DNA of 43,612 nucleotides. Origin: a virus. The stretch is taken from positions 1 through 43,612 of IMG/VR virus record IMGVR_UViG_3300049573_000103; one strand, written 5' to 3'. The translations under genes and the position numbers were made by a program. Each line of letters opens with the position of its first letter. Positions within the stretch are counted from its first letter, which is position 1. The notes beneath the pieces are model-generated. The model was not told the origin of the DNA. It made no database searches and saw only the letters and a program-made list of their open reading frames with translations. Below, piece after piece: positions 15,801 through 24,208 of this stretch.

Positions 15801-16436
15801 CACCCGTGCGGTTACGGCACCAGCGGCAGGCGTATCGGTCACCGTGGGGCGATGCCATGCACCGTCGGCAGCGAAAACTCCGTTGGAGCCATCGGTAACG
15901 GTCCCGCCGCTGCTGTTGAAATACAGCACGTCGATGTAATACGTGCCGGTTGCCGCCGCATCGGCTAGCACATCGGCCGATGCGGTATAGGGTTTGCCTG
16001 CCGTCACCGGGATCAGGTCGGTGTAGAAGGTATTGGTGCCGCTCGCGCCAGGCGCAGCAGCCCGCAGCTGGTAGCCATCCGTCGCAGACAACGAACTGAT
16101 CGCCGTCGAACCGGACCAGCCTGCGGTGCCGTTCTCGCCGGAGGTGTTGGGCACCATGTTCGCAGCGGGATAGAGGGCGGAAGCGGCGGCGGCCGATAGG
16201 TCACTCAGCGTGATGTTGCCCGGAGCCACGTCGGGCACCACCGCGGTGTGCAGTACCCAGTCCGATTTCGCGCCGCAGGCGGAAACGTCGCGGATCTGCA
16301 CGTCGTAGGTCTTGTCGCGGTCGAGGCCTTCCAGCCGCAGTTCGGCCACCGGCGAGCAGGTGGCGATATCGCTCCACGCCGTGGTGCCGGTGACGCGCCA
16401 GCGCACCTCGCGCAGGATGGCGGACGAGGCGGCCAT
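12813..16436 (-). CDS. Tail fibre / host-recognition protein (1207 aa). It has an FN3-like N-terminus, three CBM-like jelly-roll modules, a tandem 146-aa-period duplication and a C-terminal Hint-like domain.
   Basis: This is the longest minus-strand ORF after the tape measure and the J-like protein, and it lies directly after the J-like gene. The repeats and the C-terminal C...HN pattern were read in the translation. Confidence 0.85.
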   Translation of the reverse strand: MAASSAILREVRWRVTGTTAWSDIATCSPVAELRLEGLDRDKTYDVQIRDVSACGAKSDWVLHTAVVPDVAPGNITLSDLSAAAASALYPAANMVPNTSGENGTAGWSGSTAISSLSATDGYQLRAAAPGASGTNTFYTDLIPVTAGKPYTASADVLADAAATGTYYIDVLYFNSSGGTVTDGSNGVFAADGAWHRPTVTDTPAAGAVTARVRVVATGAIWTTLAWRRVKFEQGSTATAFSIEAAAAAAQAEANAASADAATALNQLTDIASDGKLTADEKVQSKQRYNTLTAEQSGIDAQATSYGITTEKTNYDGAITALKNYLKTTVGVLDASFVWTGITGTTAITRATWDSNWTTVYTAKTALLNAIYAAAKSKADAAQSTANTAVTNAAMAQTAANNAQTAANTANSALASIASDNVLSAGGEKSAVIQDYAVITSEQAGIDAQATTYAITTEKTAYDNAVSALTAYLGTLTAPTAWNSQAGNTTITGTTFRSKFSDVYTTRQALLNAIYAAAKSKADAAQATANTATGQVSQLPVINGGFDIAPTGYGWTADSGSGWTIDTAGNTPGIGPNSALHPAGSGGVRVYRNGGLAACNPGQVYKTQALVKAVGANGSCYIAVSWCNASGGEITTTPGNQVTGTTTAGSFAVGAAPAGTVYARTILVTNGHTAGTYYVDNVACTQYPSSLDEVPDGTTKFGAIYNPTAQTGIAQPGQNLMPNPTGALGFSGLPGFSWVGGSQQQMATRTELFGNAGPMFACVNPGTGSVDQGFTTTIPQAASSVPVTISADMDPRMVATGTMIVQLRFMNSSGTEIDSGNRPIIVATNGQPMKRYTATATTAAGTASIQLVVRFSGTMSSSSVIGWRNIKLELGSVATPYQDNATQFGNLATVPNGGVKAYADFGDNTAGGHAGKNVDNISDGGTYARIKGIELSGGLHKLGVASSGAVLGNQLNAPNSLTLNYGAARNTTALTAYSTGAVDVNAFNVSMGGATVSYSAVTSAVTGLTQGHTYQIYCRDPGGAGGSKTWFAVEGSGQALLALGYDDAVLGGQVTIPSSGSSGGGGLIDGCVCADMLLRDGLTAGDLARGWRWWHWVFRPRLLCSDGKRRFVRYRPRIIVAPAVRITAPSGATLDCSVTTPFTLRDGMSAMAPDMTGGTILTDDGWFIAQPVQPIGLREVVRISVGGHSFFAGAKAHQRISSHNGIKK

Positions 16437-18919
16437 CAGCGCGCCACCAGGTTGGGGGTGTGACGGATGTTGCCGCTGCCGCCACTGCCGCCGCTATAGA
16501 TCGGCAGCCGGTGCACGCCGGGCTTGGGCGTGCCCGATACGCCGGTCACCGCGTGGATCACGCCGGCGTCGTCCGGGCCGCTGTCGCTGATGCGGATGGT
16601 GACATCCGGCGGCGGCGGCGCGCTGCACCAGGGCGTGCCGGTGATGGCGCTGACAAAGGTCGGCGGCGTGCCGGTGCCGGCGGCGGGCACGTCGGGCGCT
16701 TCATCCACCGCCGTGATCCGCGCCGACAGATCCTGCAGCGGCTCGATGCGCTGCACGATCAGCCGCTGGGTCACCAGCGTGCGCTCGCCCACCACGGCCA
16801 GGTCGCCTACCTGCACGCCGGCGGGCAGCGCGCTGGCAAAGGCGAACGTGGCCACGTCGCCGCTGCCCGTGGTGCTGGTGTTGGCCACCGCCTGCACGCC
16901 GTCGTCGCTGCGGATCTGCACGGCGTAGAGCGTGCTCGCCTTCAGTACCACGGCGCCGTCCAGCGTGATGCTCTTGCGATCGCCGGCCATGCTCTTGATC
17001 CGCCCGGAGCCGGCGCCCCACTCCACCACGTCGTTGGCCGCGGTCACCAGCTGCCCGCGCTGGCACACCAGGTGCTCCATGTCGGCGGTGAAGGTGTAGG
17101 TGTTCACGCGCTGCTCGCTGGCTTTCAGGTGGTAGGTGCCGATGCGCCACACCGCCACCGGGTCGGTACACATGCGCAGGTCCATCACCTCGTAGCGGGT
17201 GGCCTGGGTGGTGCCGCCGGCGCCATCGGCGCTGTAGCCGTCGGCGTAGACGATCAGCTCGTCCTGCTGGTTGTTGGCCTGCGGGTTGATGAACTGGCAG
17301 CGCAGCGCGTGCGGCGGGTCGAAGAACACGCGCTGGCCGCTGAAGTCCCAACTGTTGCGCGGGGTGAACATCTGCACCGGCGTGGTCTGCGCCACGTCGC
17401 GCACGCAGCCATATTTGCCGTTGGGCATGCCGAAGGTGGCGCGGCCGCTGGCCAGCACGTCGCGCAGCAGCTCCAGCTGGGTGCGGCCGGACTCCTCCAT
17501 GGCGTTGTACACGTAGCCCATGGCCTCGCAGTCGGCGGCCCAGTCGACAATCTCGTCGATGGCCATGCGCGACTCCGGCACCAGGCGCGCCACCAGCTGC
17601 GGTGGCGCGGCGGTGAGCAGCCAGTGGTACACCCATGCGTTGTTGCTGGTGGCCACGCCGGTGGTCCACGTGTCGGTATCCGGGTCGTAGGTGCGGATCA
17701 GCTGCGAGGCCAGCACGCTGATGGTGCTGACCACGCTGTTGAGCTGGTCGGTGGCACGAATGCGCAGGGCCAGCTTGGTGGTGCCGGTGGTGCTGGGCAG
17801 CGCACTGCTCACGCTGCGCAGCACCGTCCAGGTCAGGTCGGCATAGGTCTGGACGGTGGTGCCGTCCCACGTGGTGCTGTTGCGCCCCACGATGACCTCG
17901 TATTGCCCCACCGTGGGCAGCTTCCAGCGCAGGCCCACGCGCACGATTTTTCGCACCGCGCTGCTGAGCGTGAAGGTGGTGCCGTTGGTGGTCAGTTCCC
18001 CGGCGGACATGGACAGGCCGCTGGCGCCGGCCACGTTGAGCCACGTGCTCGACCCCACCTCGCGATACTGGATAGTGAGCTGGATGTGGCCGGCCACGTC
18101 GCGGCCCTTGTTGTCCACGCCGAACAGGCCGCTGGGGCACTGCAGGTCCAGCGACATTTCGCTGCTGTTGGCCTGCCCTGCCCGCGTGGCGGTGTCGGCG
18201 GCGTCGTTGAGGTTCACCGCCACCGCCAGCTCGAAGATGTCGTTGGTGTACAGCGTGGGGGTCTTGGTCACCTCCCATTGCACATCGTCGTAGTCCTCGA
18301 TCGCGGTCTCGCCGATTTTGATGCCCGACACCGACAGGTCGCCCGGCCCCAGGTCCAGCAGCATGCGCAGGTATTGGTCGCTGCCCACGATCTCGGTGTA
18401 CGGGAGTGCCGCATGGGTGGGGAAAAACCGCACCGTGCCGATCACGCAGGGGACCGGGCTGTAGACCGTGGCGCGGTTCTGCGTGCCGGTGAGCGAGTTG
18501 AGCGTGTCGAACGGGTCGCCGGCGCCGGGCAGCTTGGGCATCGGCGGTGGCACCAGCAGGTTCACTGCCGTGAAGCCGTAGGCGAGGATCTGCAGGGCGC
18601 CCTGGTAGTCCTGCGTGTAGTACGCATAGACGATGGCGACGATCACCACCACGATCTTGAGCAGCTTGTTGTTGTTGCCGCCACCCATCGGCACCGCGGT
18701 CACCACCAGCCGCTGGCCCGCCTTGGGCTTCACCTTGGCCCACAGCGTGCGCGGCACCAGCTCGCCGCCAAGCTCCACGCGCAAGCTTTGCGCCGCGCCA
18801 GGCCCCAGCAGCTCGGCAATGGTCTGCCCGGCGGGCGCCTCGGCGTATACCGTGTCGGCCAGTGGGTGCGCGCGGCCGGCCACCGTCACCATGCCCCGGG
18901 TGATGGCGCGCTCAGTCAT
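16436..18919 (-). CDS. Host specificity / tip attachment protein (lambda J-like) with a gpI-like N-terminal region
   Basis: 827 aa from ATG 18919. The hydrophobic segment LLKIVVVIVAIVYAYY near the N-terminus is as in lambda gpI-type proteins. The gene follows the NlpC/P60 tail protein. Confidence 0.8.
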   Translation of the reverse strand: MTERAITRGMVTVAGRAHPLADTVYAEAPAGQTIAELLGPGAAQSLRVELGGELVPRTLWAKVKPKAGQRLVVTAVPMGGGNNNKLLKIVVVIVAIVYAYYTQDYQGALQILAYGFTAVNLLVPPPMPKLPGAGDPFDTLNSLTGTQNRATVYSPVPCVIGTVRFFPTHAALPYTEIVGSDQYLRMLLDLGPGDLSVSGIKIGETAIEDYDDVQWEVTKTPTLYTNDIFELAVAVNLNDAADTATRAGQANSSEMSLDLQCPSGLFGVDNKGRDVAGHIQLTIQYREVGSSTWLNVAGASGLSMSAGELTTNGTTFTLSSAVRKIVRVGLRWKLPTVGQYEVIVGRNSTTWDGTTVQTYADLTWTVLRSVSSALPSTTGTTKLALRIRATDQLNSVVSTISVLASQLIRTYDPDTDTWTTGVATSNNAWVYHWLLTAAPPQLVARLVPESRMAIDEIVDWAADCEAMGYVYNAMEESGRTQLELLRDVLASGRATFGMPNGKYGCVRDVAQTTPVQMFTPRNSWDFSGQRVFFDPPHALRCQFINPQANNQQDELIVYADGYSADGAGGTTQATRYEVMDLRMCTDPVAVWRIGTYHLKASEQRVNTYTFTADMEHLVCQRGQLVTAANDVVEWGAGSGRIKSMAGDRKSITLDGAVVLKASTLYAVQIRSDDGVQAVANTSTTGSGDVATFAFASALPAGVQVGDLAVVGERTLVTQRLIVQRIEPLQDLSARITAVDEAPDVPAAGTGTPPTFVSAITGTPWCSAPPPPDVTIRISDSGPDDAGVIHAVTGVSGTPKPGVHRLPIYSGGSGGSGNIRHTPNLVAR

Positions 18920-19316
18920 GGCGGTAGATGCCCTCGATGCGGCACGCCCAGCGCGGGCTGTCCAACCGGTCGACCACCGTGCTGTCGCCCGGTGAGGCAT
19001 GCAGAAAGTGCACGGCATCCAGCATCAGGGCGCAGTGCCATGGGCGCTGGGCGATCGCCAGCACCAGCAGGTCGCCGGCACGCGCCCGCTCCACGCGGCG
19101 CCAGCCGTCCAGCAGCCCGGCGCGCACGGCGTCACCGATGGCTGCCCAGTCGTCGCCGTCGCGGTAGCTGTCGTCGTAGCCCGGCAGCTTCACGTGAAAC
19201 ACTTCGGCGAGCATCAGACGCACGATGCCCCAGCAGTCGATACCGGCGCGGTCGCGCCCCTTGTCGAGGTACGGAATGCCCACGTAGGGCGCGGCGAAGG
19301 CGGGGATCATGCCCAT
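18912..19316 (-). CDS. NlpC/P60-family tail protein (lambda gpK position)
   Basis: GIDCWGIVRLMLAEVF carries the catalytic Cys motif, and there is a downstream His (WHCALML...HFLHASPG). It is 134 aa. Confidence 0.8.
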   Translation of the reverse strand: MGMIPAFAAPYVGIPYLDKGRDRAGIDCWGIVRLMLAEVFHVKLPGYDDSYRDGDDWAAIGDAVRAGLLDGWRRVERARAGDLLVLAIAQRPWHCALMLDAVHFLHASPGDSTVVDRLDSPRWACRIEGIYRHD

Positions 19317-19792
19317 CAGAGAAAGAGCCCCGGCGAGTTGGTCGGGGTGTATGTCATGGCGGGCACTTGCTGATTCAGGATGTCGTCCTCGTACCCCAGC
19401 GTGCCGGTGATCGCCAGCACGTCGTAGGTGGCGGACTTCAACGCGAAGTCGAACGGGCCGGCCTCCACCGTGTTGGGGCTGCTGGCCATGATCACCTCCA
19501 TGGTCACCTGCGGCACGCCGGACAGCAGCCGGATCTGGCGCAGCACCTCGCGGTCGACGTTGTCGATCACGATATCCACCTGCGGCAGCTGGTCGTCGCG
19601 CTGCGCCGGCAGGCTCAGCTGCATGGGGTACGGCTGGTAGGTGCCCGCCGTGCGCGCCACGGGCTGGGTGTTGTTGACCAGGCGCAGGGTGGTGATGTCC
19701 TGGTGGGTGATGGTCAGGCACACCAGGAACACCTCGCCGGTCTCCTGCGCAAACATCGCGCGCATGGCGTTGATGCTGACCTGCGGGGTCAC
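19316..19792 (-). CDS. Minor tail protein (DUF1833-like; lambda gpL position)
   Basis: GTG start with a GTGA overlap. MFAQETGEVFLVCLTITH matches my recollection of DUF1833 proteins. Confidence 0.7.
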   Translation of the reverse strand: MTPQVSINAMRAMFAQETGEVFLVCLTITHQDITTLRLVNNTQPVARTAGTYQPYPMQLSLPAQRDDQLPQVDIVIDNVDREVLRQIRLLSGVPQVTMEVIMASSPNTVEAGPFDFALKSATYDVLAITGTLGYEDDILNQQVPAMTYTPTNSPGLFL

Positions 19793-20148
19793 GGCAGTTT
19801 CTCCAGTTGCAGCGTCACCAGCCAGCGGTTGATCGAGCCTTTCTGGAAGCTGCCCGCCGGGCGCTGGATGAACCGGTAGGTGGCGGTGGCGTTGGTGCGG
19901 AAGTCGGTCCAGTCAAACGGCAGCACGTCGGCCAGCGTGGTCTCGTAGAACGTGATCAGCGTGGCGTACTGCGTCTGCGTGAGCTTGAGCGAGCAGTTGA
20001 ACGGCGTTGCCACAGCGGTGAAGCGCCGCCGCACCTTGGCCACGCCGGCGTCCTGGTTGCTGCGGATCGCATTGCTCACCCCCTGGTAACTGGTAGTGTT
20101 GTCCGCCAGCGGCGCCGGCAGCGTGCTCGGCCACAATGGATTCGCCAT
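19789..20148 (-). CDS. Minor tail protein (lambda gpM position)
   Basis: 119-aa ORF directly after the tape measure gene. The call rests on position. Confidence 0.6.
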   Translation of the reverse strand: MANPLWPSTLPAPLADNTTSYQGVSNAIRSNQDAGVAKVRRRFTAVATPFNCSLKLTQTQYATLITFYETTLADVLPFDWTDFRTNATATYRFIQRPAGSFQKGSINRWLVTLQLEKLP

Positions 20149-20151
20149 GGC

Positions 20152-23100
20152 TCAGCCTCCCGCCGCGGCGTAGCTGCGGGCCGGACGGCGCGTGCCGGTG
20201 GCGGCATGGATCGCCTGGCCCAGCCGGCCACCACGCGCCACGTCCTGCGCCGCCGCGTTGATGAAGATGTCGAGGTACTTGCGCCCATCCGCGCCGTCGC
20301 GCTGTTCGGTGCGCGCGCCGTTGTCGGCGCCGTAGATGTTCACCACCACGCCACCGGCATCCGTACCGCCCGCCGCGCCGCTGCTGCCACCGATCGGGCC
20401 GCCATCGGCGTAGCGCGGCAGGCGTTTGGCGCGCACGTCGTCCATGAACCGCTCGCCGTAGTAGTTCACGGCATCGGCGGTCTGCATGTATTCGCCGTTG
20501 CTGGCACGGATCAGCACGCTGTCGCTGGTGCCCGTGCCGGGGCCACGGATGGGGCCGCCCTCGGCATGGCCGCCGTTGCCGGCGGTGGCGAGGTTGAAGC
20601 CGCCGGTACCCGTCACCGAGTTGTAGCCGCCGCCGAAGTAGCCGAAGCTGCTGCTGTTGGCGGCGGTGCCGGCAGCGGGCGAAATGAGGTTGATCAGGCC
20701 GGTGATGGCCTGGGCAATCAGCGCCTTTGCCACCATGTGCGCCAGCATGTTCTCGAAATCCTTTTCGAAGCTCTTGAACGTGAGCTTGCCGCCGGCAAGC
20801 CAGTCGGCGGCGGCGTCCTCGGCATCGCTGTAGAGCGTGGTGATGCCGCGCTGGGCCTGCCCGGCCTTGTCTTTCGCTTGCGCGGCATAGTCCTGCCATG
20901 CCGCGCGTGCGCCGTTGACCCAGTCGGCCTGGGCATCGTCCATGCGGCGGTAGCCGTCGCGGATGATCTCCACTTTCCGGTCGGTGGCGTTCTGCAACGC
21001 CTGCACGTCGGCCTCGTAGGCCTCCTGCGACAGGCCGCCCTTCTGCCCCGCGGCACCGGCCTGCCGCTGCAGCGCCAGCTTCTGCAGCTGCTCGGCCTCG
21101 TCGCGGTAGGCCTTGGTGATCTGCTGGGTGCGCTGGTACTCCTGCGCGCCCATGCCGATGCGTGCGACCTGGTTGTCGATCGAGTCCTGCAGCGCCGCGT
21201 TGGTGCGATCCAGCGCGTCGGCATACTCCTTCTGCCCCGCCAGCTCGCGCTTGCGGTTGTCGTCCAGCGTGCGCTGCAGTGCCTGCTGGCCGCGGTTGAA
21301 CAGCTCGGCAGCCTTGGTGGCGTCGCCGCCCTTCTGCAGGTACACATCCATCTGCGCCGCAAGCTGGGCAATGCCCTGCTCATACTGCGTCAGCGCACCG
21401 GTGTCGGCCTGGATGCTCTTGCGGTCCAGCGCGTCGACCTGGCTGCTGAACGTGTTGTAGGCGGCCGGCTCCTTGCTCTTGGGGCCTTGGGGGCCGGCCA
21501 GCTTTTTCAGCGACGCTTGATAGGTGTTGTTGGCCGCTTTCACCTGGTTGTCGAACTGCGCCTCGATCAGCGCGCGCTGCTGCGGATCCACCACGCCGTA
21601 GAGCGCGGAGGCGCGGTCCATGCGCAGCTTGTCCAGCGTGTTCTTCAGCACCACGTCGGCCGGGGTGCCGGCGGACAGGCGCCGCTGCGCCGCGATGGCC
21701 TCGGCGTTCAGGGCCGCATCGTTCGACGTTTGCTGCGACGCGAACTGGTCGGTGATGCCCTGCAGCTGCAGGGCCGCCAGTTGCTTGCGCAGCGCCGCCA
21801 GCTGCTCACCACCCTGCGCCTGCACCAGGTTGCCGGCGCGGTCGAGGTGCGGGGTGGTGAGCTTGTCGATCGCGGCCTGCACCTCCTTGATCTGGTCGGT
21901 GATGCTCTGCGTGCGGCCCAGGCCTTTCATGGAATCCCACGCACCGTTCCACGCCTCGGCCACGGCGTGGCCGGCGCGGATCATCCAGCCGGCGTTGTCC
22001 TGCACGTCCTGCGCGCGCTCCTTCATCGCCGCCGCGTCGAGCTGGTTGGCGATGCGCGACGCCTCGCGCGTGTTGCCCTCGGCTTCCAGCGCGGCGATCT
22101 GCGCGTATTGCGCGGCGGTCAGGAAGTGGTACTGCTCGTTGAGCTTGGCGATCGCCTCGGAGGGCTTGTCGCCGATCTCGATGATCTTGGCCACCGACTT
22201 GTCGATGCTCTCGCCGGTGACGGTGGACATATCCACCGCCTGCTGCGCGAGCACGTCCAGGCTGGTGCCGAAGCTCTTGCCCGACCCTACCAGCTGCTCG
22301 ATGGCCTTGCGCGCGTCGCTGTACTTGCCGGTGGCCGCACCCACCGCCTCGGCCATGTCGTTGATCTGCCCGACCGTGGCGCCGGCGGCGCCGCCAGTGG
22401 CGATCAGCGATACGCGCAGTTGCTCGGTTTCAAAGTAGCCCTTGGCGGCGGCCACGGCAAAGCTGCCCAGCACCGCCACCGCACCACCGATGAGCAACCC
22501 CGCGGCGCTGAACGCCAGGCCCATCACGCCGGTGTTGGCGCCCAACGTGAGCACGCTCTGGCTCAGCCGGCCAAACTGCCCGGTGGCCAGATCCTTGGTG
22601 ATGTAGCCCAGCTCGCGGCGCGCGTTGGCGTTGTTGACGCTGAACCCGTGCATGGCGTTGCCGGCGGCGGCAATGCGGTCGCGGCTTTGGTCGATCGCCG
22701 CGCTGAACATCTTGTAGTCGTCGGCGCCGAGCACGCCCTTGGCGCGGAATGCGTCCAGTTTGGCCTGCTGCGCATCAAGCTTTTCCAGCGCGGCGATGGT
22801 GGGGTCGATCTGGCCCAGCAGGCGGCCCAGCTCGGCGCGCTGTTTCTCCAGCCCGGCGGTGTTGGCGGCGGCGGCCGCCGCCTGCTGTTCGGCGCGCACC
22901 AGGTCGGTGGCGCCGTGCATGGCGCGGGTCTGCGCCGCCACCACGCGCTCGTAGCCGGCTGCGGCGCCGGCATTGGTGGCGGTGCTGCGCTGGGTGGCGG
23001 CAATGGAGCTGAGCTCGGCCTGCTGGCGTTCCAGCGAGGCACGCACCATCGCCTTGATGCGTGCGGCGGCTTCGTCGTTCGATTCGCCCAGCGCGGCGGT

Positions 23101-23271
23101 GGCGCTGGCGTTTTCCCGCGATGCCGCCGTGGCGGCATTGGTGGAATCCACCACGCTGCGCTGCGCTTCGTCCAGGTTGGACACACCCTGCGCGGCATCG
23201 CCCATCGTGGCCTTGAATTGGCCGTCGCTGGTTGCCTCAAGCTTCACCCGCAGGATGTTTTCGCTGATCAC
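20152..23271 (-). CDS. Tail tape measure protein
   Basis: 1039 aa, Ala/Gln-rich and coiled-coil-like, with a central hydrophobic stretch (GVMGLAFSAAGLLIGGAVAVLGSFAVAAA). It follows the chaperone G/GT genes. The start is GTG. Confidence 0.9.
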   Translation of the reverse strand: MISENILRVKLEATSDGQFKATMGDAAQGVSNLDEAQRSVVDSTNAATAASRENASATAALGESNDEAAARIKAMVRASLERQQAELSSIAATQRSTATNAGAAAGYERVVAAQTRAMHGATDLVRAEQQAAAAAANTAGLEKQRAELGRLLGQIDPTIAALEKLDAQQAKLDAFRAKGVLGADDYKMFSAAIDQSRDRIAAAGNAMHGFSVNNANARRELGYITKDLATGQFGRLSQSVLTLGANTGVMGLAFSAAGLLIGGAVAVLGSFAVAAAKGYFETEQLRVSLIATGGAAGATVGQINDMAEAVGAATGKYSDARKAIEQLVGSGKSFGTSLDVLAQQAVDMSTVTGESIDKSVAKIIEIGDKPSEAIAKLNEQYHFLTAAQYAQIAALEAEGNTREASRIANQLDAAAMKERAQDVQDNAGWMIRAGHAVAEAWNGAWDSMKGLGRTQSITDQIKEVQAAIDKLTTPHLDRAGNLVQAQGGEQLAALRKQLAALQLQGITDQFASQQTSNDAALNAEAIAAQRRLSAGTPADVVLKNTLDKLRMDRASALYGVVDPQQRALIEAQFDNQVKAANNTYQASLKKLAGPQGPKSKEPAAYNTFSSQVDALDRKSIQADTGALTQYEQGIAQLAAQMDVYLQKGGDATKAAELFNRGQQALQRTLDDNRKRELAGQKEYADALDRTNAALQDSIDNQVARIGMGAQEYQRTQQITKAYRDEAEQLQKLALQRQAGAAGQKGGLSQEAYEADVQALQNATDRKVEIIRDGYRRMDDAQADWVNGARAAWQDYAAQAKDKAGQAQRGITTLYSDAEDAAADWLAGGKLTFKSFEKDFENMLAHMVAKALIAQAITGLINLISPAAGTAANSSSFGYFGGGYNSVTGTGGFNLATAGNGGHAEGGPIRGPGTGTSDSVLIRASNGEYMQTADAVNYYGERFMDDVRAKRLPRYADGGPIGGSSGAAGGTDAGGVVVNIYGADNGARTEQRDGADGRKYLDIFINAAAQDVARGGRLGQAIHAATGTRRPARSYAAAGG

Positions 23272-23318
23272 AAGGGGCTCGGTGAATTAGTGAACGATTC
23301 CAGCTGCTTTCAGTACAG

Positions 23319-23777
23319 TTATTCCGGCGGCGAGTCGCCGCGCTTTTCGGCGGCCTGCTCCGCCCACGCCGTCAGCAGGGCGTCTTCGATCGTGCGCAGG
23401 TCATCCAGCAGGTCGGCGACCTCCATGCCGTGCAGCGCATCCCCCGGTGGTGCCAGCGCCTTCCAACGCGGCAGGTACAGCGCCAGCGTGGCGATGCACG
23501 CGCCGTAGTCCAGCCCGGTGGTGCCGGCAAAGCTCACGCGCATCTGCGTGCTGCAGGTGTCCCACGCGCGCAGCGCCGGCAGGCATTCGGGCAGCAGGTG
23601 CGGCTTGGGACAGGCATCGCAGCCGCCGGTGGCGCGGCAGGTCTTGCAGTAGTCCGGCAGGTTGGTCTCGTCCGGCCATTGCTGCTCCGCGTCCCACAAC
23701 CGTTGCTCGCTGCCGTCCGGCAGCTTTACGCCTGGGCGGGCGCCGGCAAGCCAGCGAGCCCAGGCCGTGAGTTTTTT
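23319..23777 (-). CDS. gpT-like extension of the tail assembly chaperone, expressed as a G-T fusion by a -1 frameshift
   Basis: ORF 23319..23699 is in the -1 frame relative to 23726..24199. I translated the -1 frame from the slippery site to 23699 and found no stop (KKLTAWARWLAGARPGVKLPDGSEQRLWDAEQQ...). Confidence 0.7.
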   Translation of the reverse strand, partial: KKLTAWARWLAGARPGVKLPDGSEQRLWDAEQQWPDETNLPDYCKTCRATGGCDACPKPHLLPECLPALRAWDTCSTQMRVSFAGTTGLDYGACIATLALYLPRWKALAPPGDALHGMEVADLLDDLRTIEDALLTAWAEQAAEKRGDSPPE

Positions 23778-24199
23778 GAGTGTGCCCCGCTGCTGGCGTC
23801 CACCAGGCCCTGCAGCAGCGTGTCGCGCAGCAGCTCATTGCGCAGGAACGCGGCCAGCGCGGTGGCGCTGAACGGGATCGGTTTGCCGTCCTGGTCGGCA
23901 ATGTCGAACCAGCCGAGCACCCGATCGGTCAGCAGTGCGTCATCCGCCTGCAGGCGCCGGTCGGTCAGCTCGCGTCGCTGCTCGGCCTGCTCGTCGGTGT
24001 CGGCTGCGCCGTCGGCCGGCATCAACGCGCGCACCTGGCGCATGAAATCGGTCATAGCGTTGTCGCGCGTGCGCAGTTCCTCGCGCGTCATCACGCGGTA
24101 CACCACCGCAAAGGTCTGCGCGGCGGTGCTGCCGTCATCCTGCAGCTGCTCGATGGTGACCGGCCAGCGCACGCGGCCGTCTTGGGCAAATCGAAACAT
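23726..24199 (-). CDS. Tail assembly chaperone (gpG-like)
   Basis: 157-aa ORF between the major tail protein and the tape measure. It ends ...GAHSKNSRPGLAGLPAPAQA and contains the slippery heptamer. Confidence 0.75.
   Translation of the reverse strand: MFRFAQDGRVRWPVTIEQLQDDGSTAAQTFAVVYRVMTREELRTRDNAMTDFMRQVRALMPADGAADTDEQAEQRRELTDRRLQADDALLTDRVLGWFDIADQDGKPIPFSATALAAFLRNELLRDTLLQGLVDASSGAHSKNSRPGLAGLPAPAQA
23771..23777 (-). promoter_or_regulatory. Programmed -1 ribosomal frameshift slippery heptamer A_AAA_AAC
   Basis: The minus strand reads TCA AAA AAC TCA in the G frame (codon phase checked from ATG 24199). The plus strand reads gttttttg. Confidence 0.7.
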
Positions 24200-24208
24200 G
24201 GTGGTCCC

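Noticed and set aside
11979-16436. An invertible tail-fibre segment (Mu G / P1 C type) served by the serine recombinase
   Set aside because: All ORFs downstream of the fibre are co-oriented. I saw no inverted duplicate of fibre C-termini and no flanking inverted repeats.
19807-23508. Very long plus-strand ORF (1233 aa) antisense to the tape measure gene. Similar long antisense ORFs occur at 16460-19879, 23780-25945, 40717-42438 and 11298-12752.
   Set aside because: The composition is Arg/Ala/Gly/His-rich and low-complexity, as is typical of off-frame or antisense reading in GC-rich DNA. In every case the opposite strand carries a recognisable phage gene with motifs and coupled starts.
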